In this document: positions 6,231 through 15,604 of the stretch, in pieces | How the letters are laid out: each line of letters starts with the position of its first letter | Numbering within the stretch: the stretch's first letter is position 1 | IMG/VR virus record: IMGVR_UViG_3300025015_000009 | Coordinates: 128,001 to 192,000 of that record | Source of the DNA: a virus | Lineage: Duplodnaviria > Heunggongvirae > Uroviricota > Caudoviricetes | Length of the DNA stretch: 64,000 nt | Reading direction: 5' to 3' (one strand) | The notes under the pieces: generated by a model | What the model saw: the letters and a program-made list of their open reading frames with translations, nothing else | Databases searched by the model: none | What the model was told of the DNA's origin: nothing | Made by a program: the position numbers and the translations under genes

Positions 6231-6900
6231 GATTAGCGACTGAGAAGGACTTACTCCCTGCGGGAACTTCTCTCAAATTAAGTAATAATTCTTCCTATTA
6301 CTCGCTAACCTCATCGAAATGTTTGGGAAACTGAACTAGATTAGTAGGAGTTGACCTTTGTAGTAACCAACTTCTCCGACTTTACGCCGCGGACTGCGCG
6401 ATCTACAGACCGTAAGCTAGTTGATTTGTTACTAATGGCACTTATTGGGGTAGCTAATTCCCATCCACGACATCTTCACAAACACGCAGTTTACAAAACA
6501 CCCTCTTTCGAAGATGTATGATTAAGATTCATCTCGAACAACTACAAAGGAATGTTTGCCGCTGCCCTTGTTTCGGAGGTTCAACTCCTAACAACTCTTG
6601 CCCACCATATCCTTTTATACGCAGTGCCTAGTGATGCTCGCTGCGACCTTTTAGTTAGAAGAATCTTAATCATTAAGTGTCTTACTCTGCCGTTACCGCC
6701 GGACATTTCACTCTACTTAAACGCCTATTATTCTTTATTATAGAGGGTGGATTGGTTCGCGTTACTCATTCCCTCTTTTCTGCTGTGGTACATCTTGTAC
6801 TGCATGTCATGACCCGCAAAACGATCATTCAATGTAACTTTGTTCGCGCACTTGTTACTTTAGCGCAGTATTCGGGTTCTCATCGTATCTATTAACTCTC
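6231..6900 (-). ncRNA. Large pseudoknotted ncRNA, ROOL/GOLLD-like (family unconfirmed)
   Basis: Exact long-range complements 6345-6354/6581-6590, 6355-6364/6541-6550 and 6518-6530/6661-6673; directly downstream of a promoter; tRNA-cluster context. Confidence 0.7.
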
Positions 6901-6921
6901 TTTCACTTAACTGTTACAAGC

Positions 6922-6950
6922 ATTATATAGTCATTTAACTCAACTGTCAA
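6922..6950 (-). promoter_or_regulatory. Consensus sigma70 promoter driving the RNA island
   Basis: TTGACA-17 nt-TATAAT. Confidence 0.85.
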
Positions 6951-7008
6951 CCACTTTTTGCTCTATGTAACTTGCTAAAATCACTTCATTGCTGCATTTA
7001 AGTTTCAC

Positions 7009-7037
7009 ATTATAGAGTCTTTACTGCTACTTGTCAA
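7009..7037 (-). promoter_or_regulatory. Second consensus sigma70 promoter in tandem
   Basis: TTGACA-17 nt-TATAAT. Confidence 0.85.
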
Positions 7038-7052
7038 CCGTTTTATACTACT

Positions 7053-7087
7053 AAAAGCAAAAACCCCGGACTCTTCGTTTCGGGGTT
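7053..7087 (-). terminator. Rho-independent terminator
   Basis: AACCCCGAA/TCCGGGGTT stem followed by a U-tract. Confidence 0.75.
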
Positions 7088-7116
7088 CTGTGTTTTGTTG
7101 ATAATGCTAATTCAAC

Positions 7117-7251
7117 TTAACCGTCCCACCCCTCTGATTCTACTGCATTCCCCTCATAACTACGATCTGACTTATTAATCTGTGACCAGGCTGGCACAAG
7201 ACTAAAGAGTGTTGTCGGTAATGTATGTATAGAACAATTGCGTAAATTCAT
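7117..7251 (-). CDS. Putative 44-aa leader-like peptide
   Basis: MNLRNCSIHTLPTT...EGWDG, between a TTGACA-17-TATGCT promoter (7284-7312) and a terminator. Confidence 0.4.
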   Translation of the reverse strand: MNLRNCSIHTLPTTLFSLVPAWSQINKSDRSYEGNAVESEGWDG

Positions 7252-7379
7252 AATATTCTTCTTAATGTTTCTAACTTGAAATAAGCATACAGTTATTTAG
7301 CATACCTGTCAAGTATTGTATGTTTTTATTTATCCAAATGTGCAAATGTTGGGATAAAATGCTGCGATTTCGAGTCACA

Positions 7380-8882
7380 TTATCGTTTCTCTCTGTCAAC
7401 TTTCCCTTTTGGCTTCGCAGTACCAGGCGGACGTATACTAACATGGCCTGCTGCAACCTTCTCTATCTTTGCTGTTGTTTCTTTCTTGTCTTTGCGTACT
7501 GCCGCAGTTGGCTCGAAATCAGGTTCGCTGTTTATGCTACTTCCTTTTGGTTTTAATTTAAAACTAAACCCGCCTTTAGTCGGATCTGTTCCACCAGACT
7601 TTGTTTCTAACGTAACAACTCCGTTTAGTTTTGCTGGCCATTGTGTCGAGAAGTTAAGTTGCCCAGTTTTATTAGTAACTGTAGTATACTGCTGAATAAA
7701 ATTGTTATCTAGTATCTCTAGTACGGCGGATTGAAACTCAGGGACTGATCCGCTGTTAACCAGCTTCATCACGGCCAATTTAGTAACATACACTAATTTA
7801 CCACCATCTTCGCCACTACTTACTATGTTTGCAAAGAGTTTACGATACTTGGGCAACGGAACGTTATTTTTCATACTATCGCGGACATCATCTACTATTG
7901 ATTCGGGCCAGGGCAAGAACGACTTAAATTCTTTCGGAATATCGTCTGGCACCCTTTCGTGCAACAAGTTCATTACTTGAAACACCTGGCTAATCGATCT
8001 AGGAGGTGGCAGACTTGTGTTCTGACATAAATCGATTAGATCGACTGCTGTTTTATATGTTTTTTTCTTTCTTACACTGTCAGGTATAGAGAGACTAGAC
8101 ACGCTGGGCGCGGCTCCTCCCCCCGTACCTTTACTGGAGATATTAAGTTGGCGCTGATTAACCGGATTTGAAATTGTTGCAAAGCTATCTGACAACGGGT
8201 TATTAGACTTGCCTGGAAAAGTAAGAACCAAGCTGCTGATGTCAGACTCTAACCAATCAAGAAAACCTTCTTGATCAGGAAAAGACGACTGGCCCGAAAC
8301 AAGAGCAAGCACACCTAAGTACTCTCCGGCATAATCAACTATTGCTTTCTTGACTGCCGAATCTGCCATAAGGTCATGCGGTATTGTTGCTGGCTCTCCC
8401 ATAACGATATCAGTTGCCATTTGTATAACTGCTCTTCCGTATATCGTAGATTGTAGTACCGGATTGTTGATTATCTCGACGTGTAGTTTTGCCGCAGATA
8501 TTGGTCGGTCAGTTATTCCAATTGATAACGCTTTTACTATAACCCCCTCTTTATTGAGAGTAGTGTTCTCGTCGTCTGTTGGTTTCATTGACGCACCACC
8601 AAACTCAGCTGTCTTCCTGAAGCTGCTCAGTGGCCATTCGTTCCCCTCGGCGTCAACTCCCTTGAGACCACCTTTGAACAAATTTTGTTTCTTTAGTGCA
8701 ACAAATCGATCTGCCTCAGTAGGCAGCAATGTTACTTCTGTTCCTTCTTTTTCAGTAAAGAAGGGTTTACCATCACGAATGTGGTCAATAAAAGCATCGA
8801 ACCGCTCTGGATACTTTATAATCTGTGCTGGTGTCAGTGTTGCTTCATTAATTTGGTCAAACACATCTAGTATATCTCGCAT
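7380..8882 (-). CDS. Hypothetical protein, possibly virion-internal with a restriction-endonuclease-like fold
   Basis: 500 aa; N-terminal QINE possible cleavage site; GEY..PLSD..ISSK motif; late promoter upstream. Confidence 0.5.
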   Translation of the reverse strand: MRDILDVFDQINEATLTPAQIIKYPERFDAFIDHIRDGKPFFTEKEGTEVTLLPTEADRFVALKKQNLFKGGLKGVDAEGNEWPLSSFRKTAEFGGASMKPTDDENTTLNKEGVIVKALSIGITDRPISAAKLHVEIINNPVLQSTIYGRAVIQMATDIVMGEPATIPHDLMADSAVKKAIVDYAGEYLGVLALVSGQSSFPDQEGFLDWLESDISSLVLTFPGKSNNPLSDSFATISNPVNQRQLNISSKGTGGGAAPSVSSLSIPDSVRKKKTYKTAVDLIDLCQNTSLPPPRSISQVFQVMNLLHERVPDDIPKEFKSFLPWPESIVDDVRDSMKNNVPLPKYRKLFANIVSSGEDGGKLVYVTKLAVMKLVNSGSVPEFQSAVLEILDNNFIQQYTTVTNKTGQLNFSTQWPAKLNGVVTLETKSGGTDPTKGGFSFKLKPKGSSINSEPDFEPTAAVRKDKKETTAKIEKVAAGHVSIRPPGTAKPKGKVDREKR

Positions 8883-8911
8883 AGTACTCCTTGATAGTAC
8901 AATATTTATCT

Positions 8912-9364
8912 TTATACTGCAACGTCTTCCATTCCAGCGCAGCGTAACCGGCTTATATTGCCCAACGAGAACCCTTTTTGTTCAAGCCCCTTCATTATAC
9001 CTAAGTATCGATTTCTAAGAAGAGCGACCTCGTTCAACAGCGTTTCGTAGTCAACTACTTCGTCTTCCCCTTCTGTGTACTTATCGGCGTCCCGCGAAGT
9101 TAGGGCGCGGTTGTAGTTTTCAAGGTACTTCTGGAAATGCTTGCGTCGTATTTTCCGCAGCTGAAGATTCATATAATTTAGCACTGCTTCGATTTCTTGT
9201 AACTGATTAAACCGTTGCTCTGTTATACCCGGTAATGCTGCTACGCTCTTCTCTATGTTCCCAGTTATCTTACAGTCTACTTTCGCAGACAACAACTCAG
9301 CTTCGTAGTAAGTAATAAAGTCAGGCAAGTTACTAATGTCCTGTACTACTGCCGAATACCACAT
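8912..9364 (-). CDS. uvsY: Recombination mediator UvsY
   Basis: Helical 150 aa ending KGFSLGNISRLRCAG; near uvsX. Confidence 0.8.
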   Translation of the reverse strand: MWYSAVVQDISNLPDFITYYEAELLSAKVDCKITGNIEKSVAALPGITEQRFNQLQEIEAVLNYMNLQLRKIRRKHFQKYLENYNRALTSRDADKYTEGEDEVVDYETLLNEVALLRNRYLGIMKGLEQKGFSLGNISRLRCAGMEDVAV

Positions 9365-9585
9365 TATTCGTCTTCTTCGATTACGTCGATGTCTTCGTCA
9401 ACTGAGTATGCTTTGTATGCTCTGTTCAAAGCAGGATCCGAGGCAGCAAACACCTCAAGCTCGTGTTCACTTATCATCTCAACAATAACGCTCATCAGCG
9501 AGTCGGCTGCTTCTTGTCTATCTTTTACCGGAATAAACTGCTTTAAAATAGAATACGTTTCTTCTAATACGGTTACATCTATCAT
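9364..9585 (-). CDS. Hypothetical acidic protein
   Basis: Translationally coupled ORF. Confidence 0.7.
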   Translation of the reverse strand: MIDVTVLEETYSILKQFIPVKDRQEAADSLMSVIVEMISEHELEVFAASDPALNRAYKAYSVDEDIDVIEEDE

Positions 9586-9941
9586 GTTATCTCCTTTTCT
9601 GTAAACTGCTTTAAGTAGTTATCATATGCCATATGTATCACCTGTTTTATTATTTCACTTGGATCAATATTATAACACATCTTGAGATTATCTATTTCTG
9701 CCTGAGGAGGCGGAGTGTAATATCGCTGCTTCCAGTCATCGAAGTTTAACTTAACTGGCGTAAACTCTTTAGCATCAATGCCAACTATCCCATCAATAAT
9801 TGTAGGCAGTGAGGTTGCCTGCCATAGGTTCCCCACAGGTGTTCCGTCCGATTCTTGAATTCGATAAACATCGCCGACTTCGAGATTAAGCATCTTAGTC
9901 GCAACAAACGCCCCGTTGACTAACTTCTGTATCTTACGCAC
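9582..9941 (-). CDS. Hypothetical protein
   Basis: Coupled ORF between uvsX and uvsY. Confidence 0.65.
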   Translation of the reverse strand: MRKIQKLVNGAFVATKMLNLEVGDVYRIQESDGTPVGNLWQATSLPTIIDGIVGIDAKEFTPVKLNFDDWKQRYYTPPPQAEIDNLKMCYNIDPSEIIKQVIHMAYDNYLKQFTEKEIT

Positions 9942-11043
9942 TAACTTCTTCCTTACTACTGTCTGCTATGTCACTGACTGCGTCGGTTTCTTCTACTGAG
10001 TCTACACGACCAAACAACAGATTCGGGTTAGCCTCAACAACTGCGATGATCTTGTCAAGACATCCGTTCTCATTACGCTCGTACTCTTTCTTAAAGTACT
10101 TTAGTTGCGTTCCATCTGTCAGAGTATATGTGTATCGATTCCCTTCTTTGGCTAAGAGTTGCTTTGATTCAAACATGTCGAACAACCCCGAGTACAGACT
10201 CATTCCTGTGTTATACGGAATCTTAACTTGCACTGTTTCAAACGGCTTCGCATACCGTGTTTTCATAATCTTGCAAGCTGCTCTAATTCCGTTGACTTCC
10301 GACACCTTGTTACCGTCCTCGTCTTCTTTCAGTTTGAGCTTCTTCATTGCAACTACAATCGACGAAGCATAGATGAACCCTTGTCCACCTGATATCTTAT
10401 CATCTGGGTCGAACATATCCTGCGACGCATACGAGTGATTTGTTGCAACTAGTCCAACATTGTAGTTCCCGAACATGTTAACACAATTACGAACCAACGA
10501 AGTCAGTGCTTTGGGTTTTCGTCCCATATCACCTTTCATGTCACCGGCCTCAAATTGATTAACATCTGTTGGTGTCAGTAGCATACCAAGACTATCCACA
10601 ACAAACAACACTTTCGGTCTATCGGCCTCTGGAATTGCTTTGTACTCTTTCATAAACTCCGATATAGTCTTTGCTACATCGTCAATCATGCATAAACTTA
10701 ACTTGAGTAACTTTTCCGGGCTGGTGTCCACTCCCAATGCCTTCATCCACGATTCGTCTAGTGCGTTCTCAGAATCGATGAGAATAGGAAATATTCCTTT
10801 CTCTTGTGCGTACTTAATGATGTTCCCAGAACAGATGTACGATTTCCCTGCACCTGAGTCTCCTGCGAAGACCGTTACCTTACCCAATGGTATCCCTTTG
10901 AAAAAAGATCCACTGATTAAGTAATTAAGGGCGTAGTTTCCAGTGCTCACCCAGTCTGTGGGGTCGTTAAACCCAACCCCTAATCCGTCTATTGCTTTTG
11001 TAATATTCTTTCTAAACTTCGATACATCAAATGGGCGGGCCAT
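9934..11043 (-). CDS. uvsX: RecA-like recombinase UvsX
   Basis: Walker A GDSGAGKS, IDSENA, VVDSLG, SGGQG. Confidence 0.95.
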   Translation of the reverse strand: MARPFDVSKFRKNITKAIDGLGVGFNDPTDWVSTGNYALNYLISGSFFKGIPLGKVTVFAGDSGAGKSYICSGNIIKYAQEKGIFPILIDSENALDESWMKALGVDTSPEKLLKLSLCMIDDVAKTISEFMKEYKAIPEADRPKVLFVVDSLGMLLTPTDVNQFEAGDMKGDMGRKPKALTSLVRNCVNMFGNYNVGLVATNHSYASQDMFDPDDKISGGQGFIYASSIVVAMKKLKLKEDEDGNKVSEVNGIRAACKIMKTRYAKPFETVQVKIPYNTGMSLYSGLFDMFESKQLLAKEGNRYTYTLTDGTQLKYFKKEYERNENGCLDKIIAVVEANPNLLFGRVDSVEETDAVSDIADSSKEEVSA

Positions 11044-11171
11044 ATAATTCTCCTAAATAGTCGGTGATACGAATCTTACGCAGCAACGAACGAGCAATCG
11101 TCTGATGAAGCCGCTGCAAAAAAAAAAGTGTGTTAGCATCGGATAATGCATATTTTTATAAACTACTAGAC

Positions 11172-11202
11172 TGGGTGCAAGTAGTCAGACTACTTGCACC
11201 CA
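11172..11202. repeat. Perfect 15-bp inverted repeat, possible terminator or processing hairpin
   Basis: TGGGTGCAAGTAGTC-A-GACTACTTGCACCCA. Confidence 0.8.
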
Positions 11203-11209
11203 AATTGGC

Positions 11210-12184
11210 TTAGCTCGGCGTTTTTTGTCTATTACGAATCATAGCCAATATATCCTCAGCTTTTGACCCGCCGGTTGATCCAGTTGTAGCTGGTTGAGTA
11301 ACAGGAGCAGCCTTTGTTTCTACGGTAGGTGCCCTCGCTGGTTCAGTTTCACCTTTGCTCGTAGTGGGCTCAGTGCCGTCTGCGTCTTTTAAAGAGACAC
11401 CGTACGGTTTAAAGTATTGACCCCATTTATCGAGATCATATGCTTGACCATCGACTGATGCCTCAAACATCTCTACCATAACCTTAAGCTCGACTTCTGT
11501 TGGTTTCTTAGGTAGCCAGTCTTTAATATCAAACAATCCGTGAGTCTCAATAGCCGAACGCTCTTCTTCTGTTAACGCAGATTCTTTCCGGCTCCACTTA
11601 GAAGTAGAATAATCTGCGTACCCGCCTTTTGACCCTTTTGTTACATGGAAGTCTAGCCCACGTTCGTAATCAACTGGCAGTTCTTCCAGTTCTGGATCCA
11701 TTAACGCGGCCTTAACAAGATTATATACTTGTGGGCTTACGATAAATTTTCGGATTGGATTCTCTGGTTTATCTTCCTCGTTCAACGTGTCTTTACGGAC
11801 GAAACCTTGAAACAGGTAGTTGCGTTTTTTCCAGTACTTCTTGCCCAGTTCTTCCAGATTCTTATCTTTGAACCAAGGACGTACTTCAGCCAAAATAGGG
11901 CATACTTCGTTCCACATTTCCATACACGGAACTTGTATAGTACACGGTTTACTGTTTTCTTGTCCTTTGATACCAGCAAACGGCAACTTAATCATTGCAC
12001 GTTCTACCCAGAAGTAGGAATTGCTAGTATCTGCGTCTGGCAAGAAGCGTAGAGAAATGGTGTCACCGTCTGCCATATTCCAGAATGGATACAGTGCATG
12101 ATCGTTTGATTTAGATTGGTTGTTGCCGGATTTCTTGTCTTCTGCTGCCTGAAGTTTTGCTCGAATTTCTTGTAATGTTGCCAT
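11210..12184 (-). CDS. gp32: Single-stranded DNA-binding protein, T4 gp32-like
   Basis: LRFLPD, CxxxxxxxCP, KYWKKR, GYADYSTSKW. Confidence 0.9.
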   Translation of the reverse strand: MATLQEIRAKLQAAEDKKSGNNQSKSNDHALYPFWNMADGDTISLRFLPDADTSNSYFWVERAMIKLPFAGIKGQENSKPCTIQVPCMEMWNEVCPILAEVRPWFKDKNLEELGKKYWKKRNYLFQGFVRKDTLNEEDKPENPIRKFIVSPQVYNLVKAALMDPELEELPVDYERGLDFHVTKGSKGGYADYSTSKWSRKESALTEEERSAIETHGLFDIKDWLPKKPTEVELKVMVEMFEASVDGQAYDLDKWGQYFKPYGVSLKDADGTEPTTSKGETEPARAPTVETKAAPVTQPATTGSTGGSKAEDILAMIRNRQKTPS

Positions 12185-12377
12185 GATGTGCTTTCCTTAT
12201 ATGATAATGAGATGGTCTCAATGTGCTGCTCCAGATGTATAACTACCCAATGTAACTATACAACAAACTTCTTAGTACGCAATACACATAATATATTATG
12301 TACTATGTGTATTTATGTTTGCAACGAAAACGAGCAGAATTTGTACTACTATTTGTGCCAAATAACACAGTAATAAA

Positions 12378-14195
12378 CTACCATTCGCCCTGGTACTTAA
12401 TATTTTTGGGCAATGGTTTGTCAGCAAGCGAATGCTGCATTTTTCTAGCGGTGGAACGTGACTTCCGGTGAGCAGCAAGCACATCGTTTGCTGTTCGTTT
12501 CTTATCGCTCACATGTTTTGCAGCATGGAAAACACCTTTAACCGTGTCTATCGTGTCTCCGACTATACCTTCTTCTACCTCTGATTCAGACGTAACAGCT
12601 GGTTTGTTCTCTATGTTACTAAGCCGATCAAAGTTACGGAAGTGCTTTCCTGCTGTTTCCCAGTTGCCCTGAGTTGCATATTCAAATGCCTTTGTTATCT
12701 CTTGACTTGCTCGTGCTGATACACTTTTTCCTGTTAATCGGCGTTTTATGTTTTTAATCATATCTTGTATCTTATTTGGTTCGTTATCTGTTTGTGATGT
12801 CTGATGTCCGGCGATTCCAGATAATTGTTTTAGTTCGGATATTAAACCAATCGATTCAGTCTGAACATCTGAATCCTTCTCTACACTCAATGTAGAGAAT
12901 AACTCTGGGTCGTTTGTTTCGATCCAGGATAGAATCATCGGAGCAACATCAATATTAGCATCAATAGTTGAAATTGTATACAACGCCGATTCCAACGACG
13001 TAGTATCTGACGCAGTTAAGAAATCGTGAATAACCGGTAATGCGTTAACACTATCTGCACCAACAGGTAACTCTGTTGACAGTAAGGCAGACAACGCATG
13101 TATGTCAACGTTTGCATTGGTGTTTACGTTCGATGTTGACCCTGCGGTACTACTCATAAACTGTTCGAATTCATCTGCCTCTTTAATAGCATTTGCCCGT
13201 TTTGCATGGGCGCGATAAACATACGGTAACGCTTCTTCTAACCGGTCGTCGAATACTTTCCGCGTGAACTTTTCTTTTAATTCGGCAATATTCACATCTT
13301 CGTCACTATCTGCTACAAATGATTCGACGAACCGTTTATACCCCTTAGGCCCACGTAACTGCGATAATGTTTGATGCGTTTCGTTGTATTCCGCAATTGC
13401 AGACTCAACCATTGCGCCGGCATCCGCTGACTCAAAGGTTTTCTTCGCAGTAGCACGAACAAACTTTCGCATTGCTTTCATTTTGTTAACCAACTCACCT
13501 ATGTGAACTCCGATATCGTCATGCACGTACCCACCGTTTGCAATATGATTCCCCATTGCCCTAGCACCGGTTAAGTTAGTGAACGGTAGTTTAAATCTTT
13601 CTCCATTTGCTGTCTCAACAAAAACTGATTCGATCTGTCGAGTTCTAGCACCGCGAATAGACTCGTCTACAGTAGACGAATGGTTAATCACCAGTTTAAC
13701 TGGGTTTGCTTTTCCAATCTCTTGATAACTTCGTTTCTTTGTTCCGTACAATGCACTCTCCTCAATTACCTCTTGCAGGTTAGTTGATTCGTTTACATCG
13801 TTTTTTGTAAACGGCGCATCAATTGCAGCTAAATTCTTAACATCTTTTAGCTCTAAGTTATTTCTTGTTATATCTTTCGTACTAAAGTTCATCAGATGTC
13901 GTTTAGCAAACATACGCAAGTTTCTTAAAAAACTGTACCACTCTTGCTGCTGCACGTCGTTCAGTTTCTCTGTTATGTTCTTACTGAAGTATATCTTTAG
14001 ATCTCGAGAATTTATAATGGATATAAGAATATTGCCGAACTTTTCTCCGTCGTGACTTACATAGTCAAAATTAAAGAACCGAGCCTTCTCGGGCTCTTGA
14101 GTATCATCTGCCTTCTCGTCTCCAATTCGGACACGATTAAACCTGGCACGAATTTTATCAAATAAGTCTGCCGCAATAGAATCTATATTTTTCAT
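12378..14195 (-). CDS. Hypothetical, probably virion structural protein
   Basis: 605 aa; late promoter; several possible xxE cleavage sites. Confidence 0.6.
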   Translation of the reverse strand: MKNIDSIAADLFDKIRARFNRVRIGDEKADDTQEPEKARFFNFDYVSHDGEKFGNILISIINSRDLKIYFSKNITEKLNDVQQQEWYSFLRNLRMFAKRHLMNFSTKDITRNNLELKDVKNLAAIDAPFTKNDVNESTNLQEVIEESALYGTKKRSYQEIGKANPVKLVINHSSTVDESIRGARTRQIESVFVETANGERFKLPFTNLTGARAMGNHIANGGYVHDDIGVHIGELVNKMKAMRKFVRATAKKTFESADAGAMVESAIAEYNETHQTLSQLRGPKGYKRFVESFVADSDEDVNIAELKEKFTRKVFDDRLEEALPYVYRAHAKRANAIKEADEFEQFMSSTAGSTSNVNTNANVDIHALSALLSTELPVGADSVNALPVIHDFLTASDTTSLESALYTISTIDANIDVAPMILSWIETNDPELFSTLSVEKDSDVQTESIGLISELKQLSGIAGHQTSQTDNEPNKIQDMIKNIKRRLTGKSVSARASQEITKAFEYATQGNWETAGKHFRNFDRLSNIENKPAVTSESEVEEGIVGDTIDTVKGVFHAAKHVSDKKRTANDVLAAHRKSRSTARKMQHSLADKPLPKNIKYQGEW

Positions 14196-14221
14196 GTTTT
14201 TCCTCGCATAGTATATTTATG

Positions 14222-15604
14222 CTAACTGGATATCAAAATAAACGGCAACGGCTCAATCCAGTCGTCTGACGAGTCTTTGATTGCACTGTCGATGTCTGCG
14301 TCAAAGTTCTGAATACATTGTGTCATTCTTACAATCAATATAGTAGCCATCACCAAGTCGTCTGTTTGCCCTGGCTTAGCTGCAAACCCTGCTCCATACG
14401 CAATAAAGCATTTCAACTCACTAATTAGCCCTTTGCTAACAACAGTCATTCGTTTGCTCTCTATTAGGGACTTTAACTTTGCACACGCTGCGAGTTTAGT
14501 TCTATTAGTGGTATTAAATCCTTTTCTGAACGATCGCATCTGACCTGCTCGCTTCGGCTCACTTAAGAAGACCCCATTGATGTTTTCTTCTCCAATCGTG
14601 TTTATTGCTAATAGCGCAGCCTCACCTAACGAATTGTTCTCTACACTGTAATAAGTGTTATACATCGTGTCGATTGTAGTTGATATATAATTTACAATCT
14701 CTTTAAGAATATACACTTGTTTTTCTATTGGTGTCTTGTTGTTCACCCACTCGCCCACTTGCATCATTTCTGGGAGTTGGAATATCTGAATGGCTGCATT
14801 GTCTCCCCCTGTTCCTAAGGACGGATCTAGGGCAACAACATACGTCTTTCCTTTAATTGGTTTCTTGTACCATCTAACCTGCCCTTGTTTCTCGATTGGT
14901 TCTATACTTGCCATCTCAGACAACCGCACTGGATTAATAAGTGTTTCTTCAAATATAATCGGCCGACAGAGATGTTCCCTTGAGAATCTCTCGGGGCCAA
15001 TTCTGCCCTCTTCTTCTTCGGCCCATTTAACATCTCTGTCAGGGTGTTGTTCCCAAGTAACCTGATACGAACGAAATCCATTGATTCCGATATTTGTTGT
15101 ATTCCCGAACTCATCGATACACTTATTCGATTCTGTCCATATTTGCCAGAATTGGTCTTCGTCTGAATTAGGAGTCGAAGTAATAATTGCTTTACCGCCT
15201 GTTGACAAAGTAGGAGAGATTGATGTCCAAAACTCTTTTGCTATTGTATTTCGGACAAATGCCATCTCATCGCAATTCTTGGTTATAACGGTATCATTTA
15301 CAATGAACTTGTGTTCTATATTATCGACCTCAATGATATCAAATACATCCTCTGCTACATTTGATATCTTAGACACTATCTGTTTGGCACCATCGACTGT
15401 ATCTATTAAATCTCCGATCGACAAGTTAGCCATTTTAACATTTTGCTCATTACTAAAAAAACTATGAGACTCTGTCGCCGATACGGTTGCACTATTCTCT
15501 AAAACAATCGTACTTGTCTGTTTGTTCTTTGTTATCGTTACCCCACGAAAATCGCGCCATCCGTCTGGGGTTAAGATTTCATATTTATTGTTTGCAACAA
15601 ACAT
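14222..15604 (-). CDS. gp17: Terminase large subunit C-terminal part, preceded by a 110-aa C-intein
   Basis: Intein TxxH (ATESH) and terminal ITKN/C, then CDEMAFV, ITSTPN and RNase H-like DPSLGTGGD...DDLVMA. Confidence 0.92.
   Translation of the reverse strand: MFVANNKYEILTPDGWRDFRGVTITKNKQTSTIVLENSATVSATESHSFFSNEQNVKMANLSIGDLIDTVDGAKQIVSKISNVAEDVFDIIEVDNIEHKFIVNDTVITKNCDEMAFVRNTIAKEFWTSISPTLSTGGKAIITSTPNSDEDQFWQIWTESNKCIDEFGNTTNIGINGFRSYQVTWEQHPDRDVKWAEEEEGRIGPERFSREHLCRPIIFEETLINPVRLSEMASIEPIEKQGQVRWYKKPIKGKTYVVALDPSLGTGGDNAAIQIFQLPEMMQVGEWVNNKTPIEKQVYILKEIVNYISTTIDTMYNTYYSVENNSLGEAALLAINTIGEENINGVFLSEPKRAGQMRSFRKGFNTTNRTKLAACAKLKSLIESKRMTVVSKGLISELKCFIAYGAGFAAKPGQTDDLVMATILIVRMTQCIQNFDADIDSAIKDSSDDWIEPLPFILISS

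Noticed and set aside
8350-9018. Long antisense ORFs (also 9968-10372, 59532-60230 and others)
   Set aside because: Shadow frames of strong minus-strand genes.
11080-11127. CTGATGAAG hammerhead-like core upstream of uvsX
   Set aside because: No GAAA motif and no three-stem junction.
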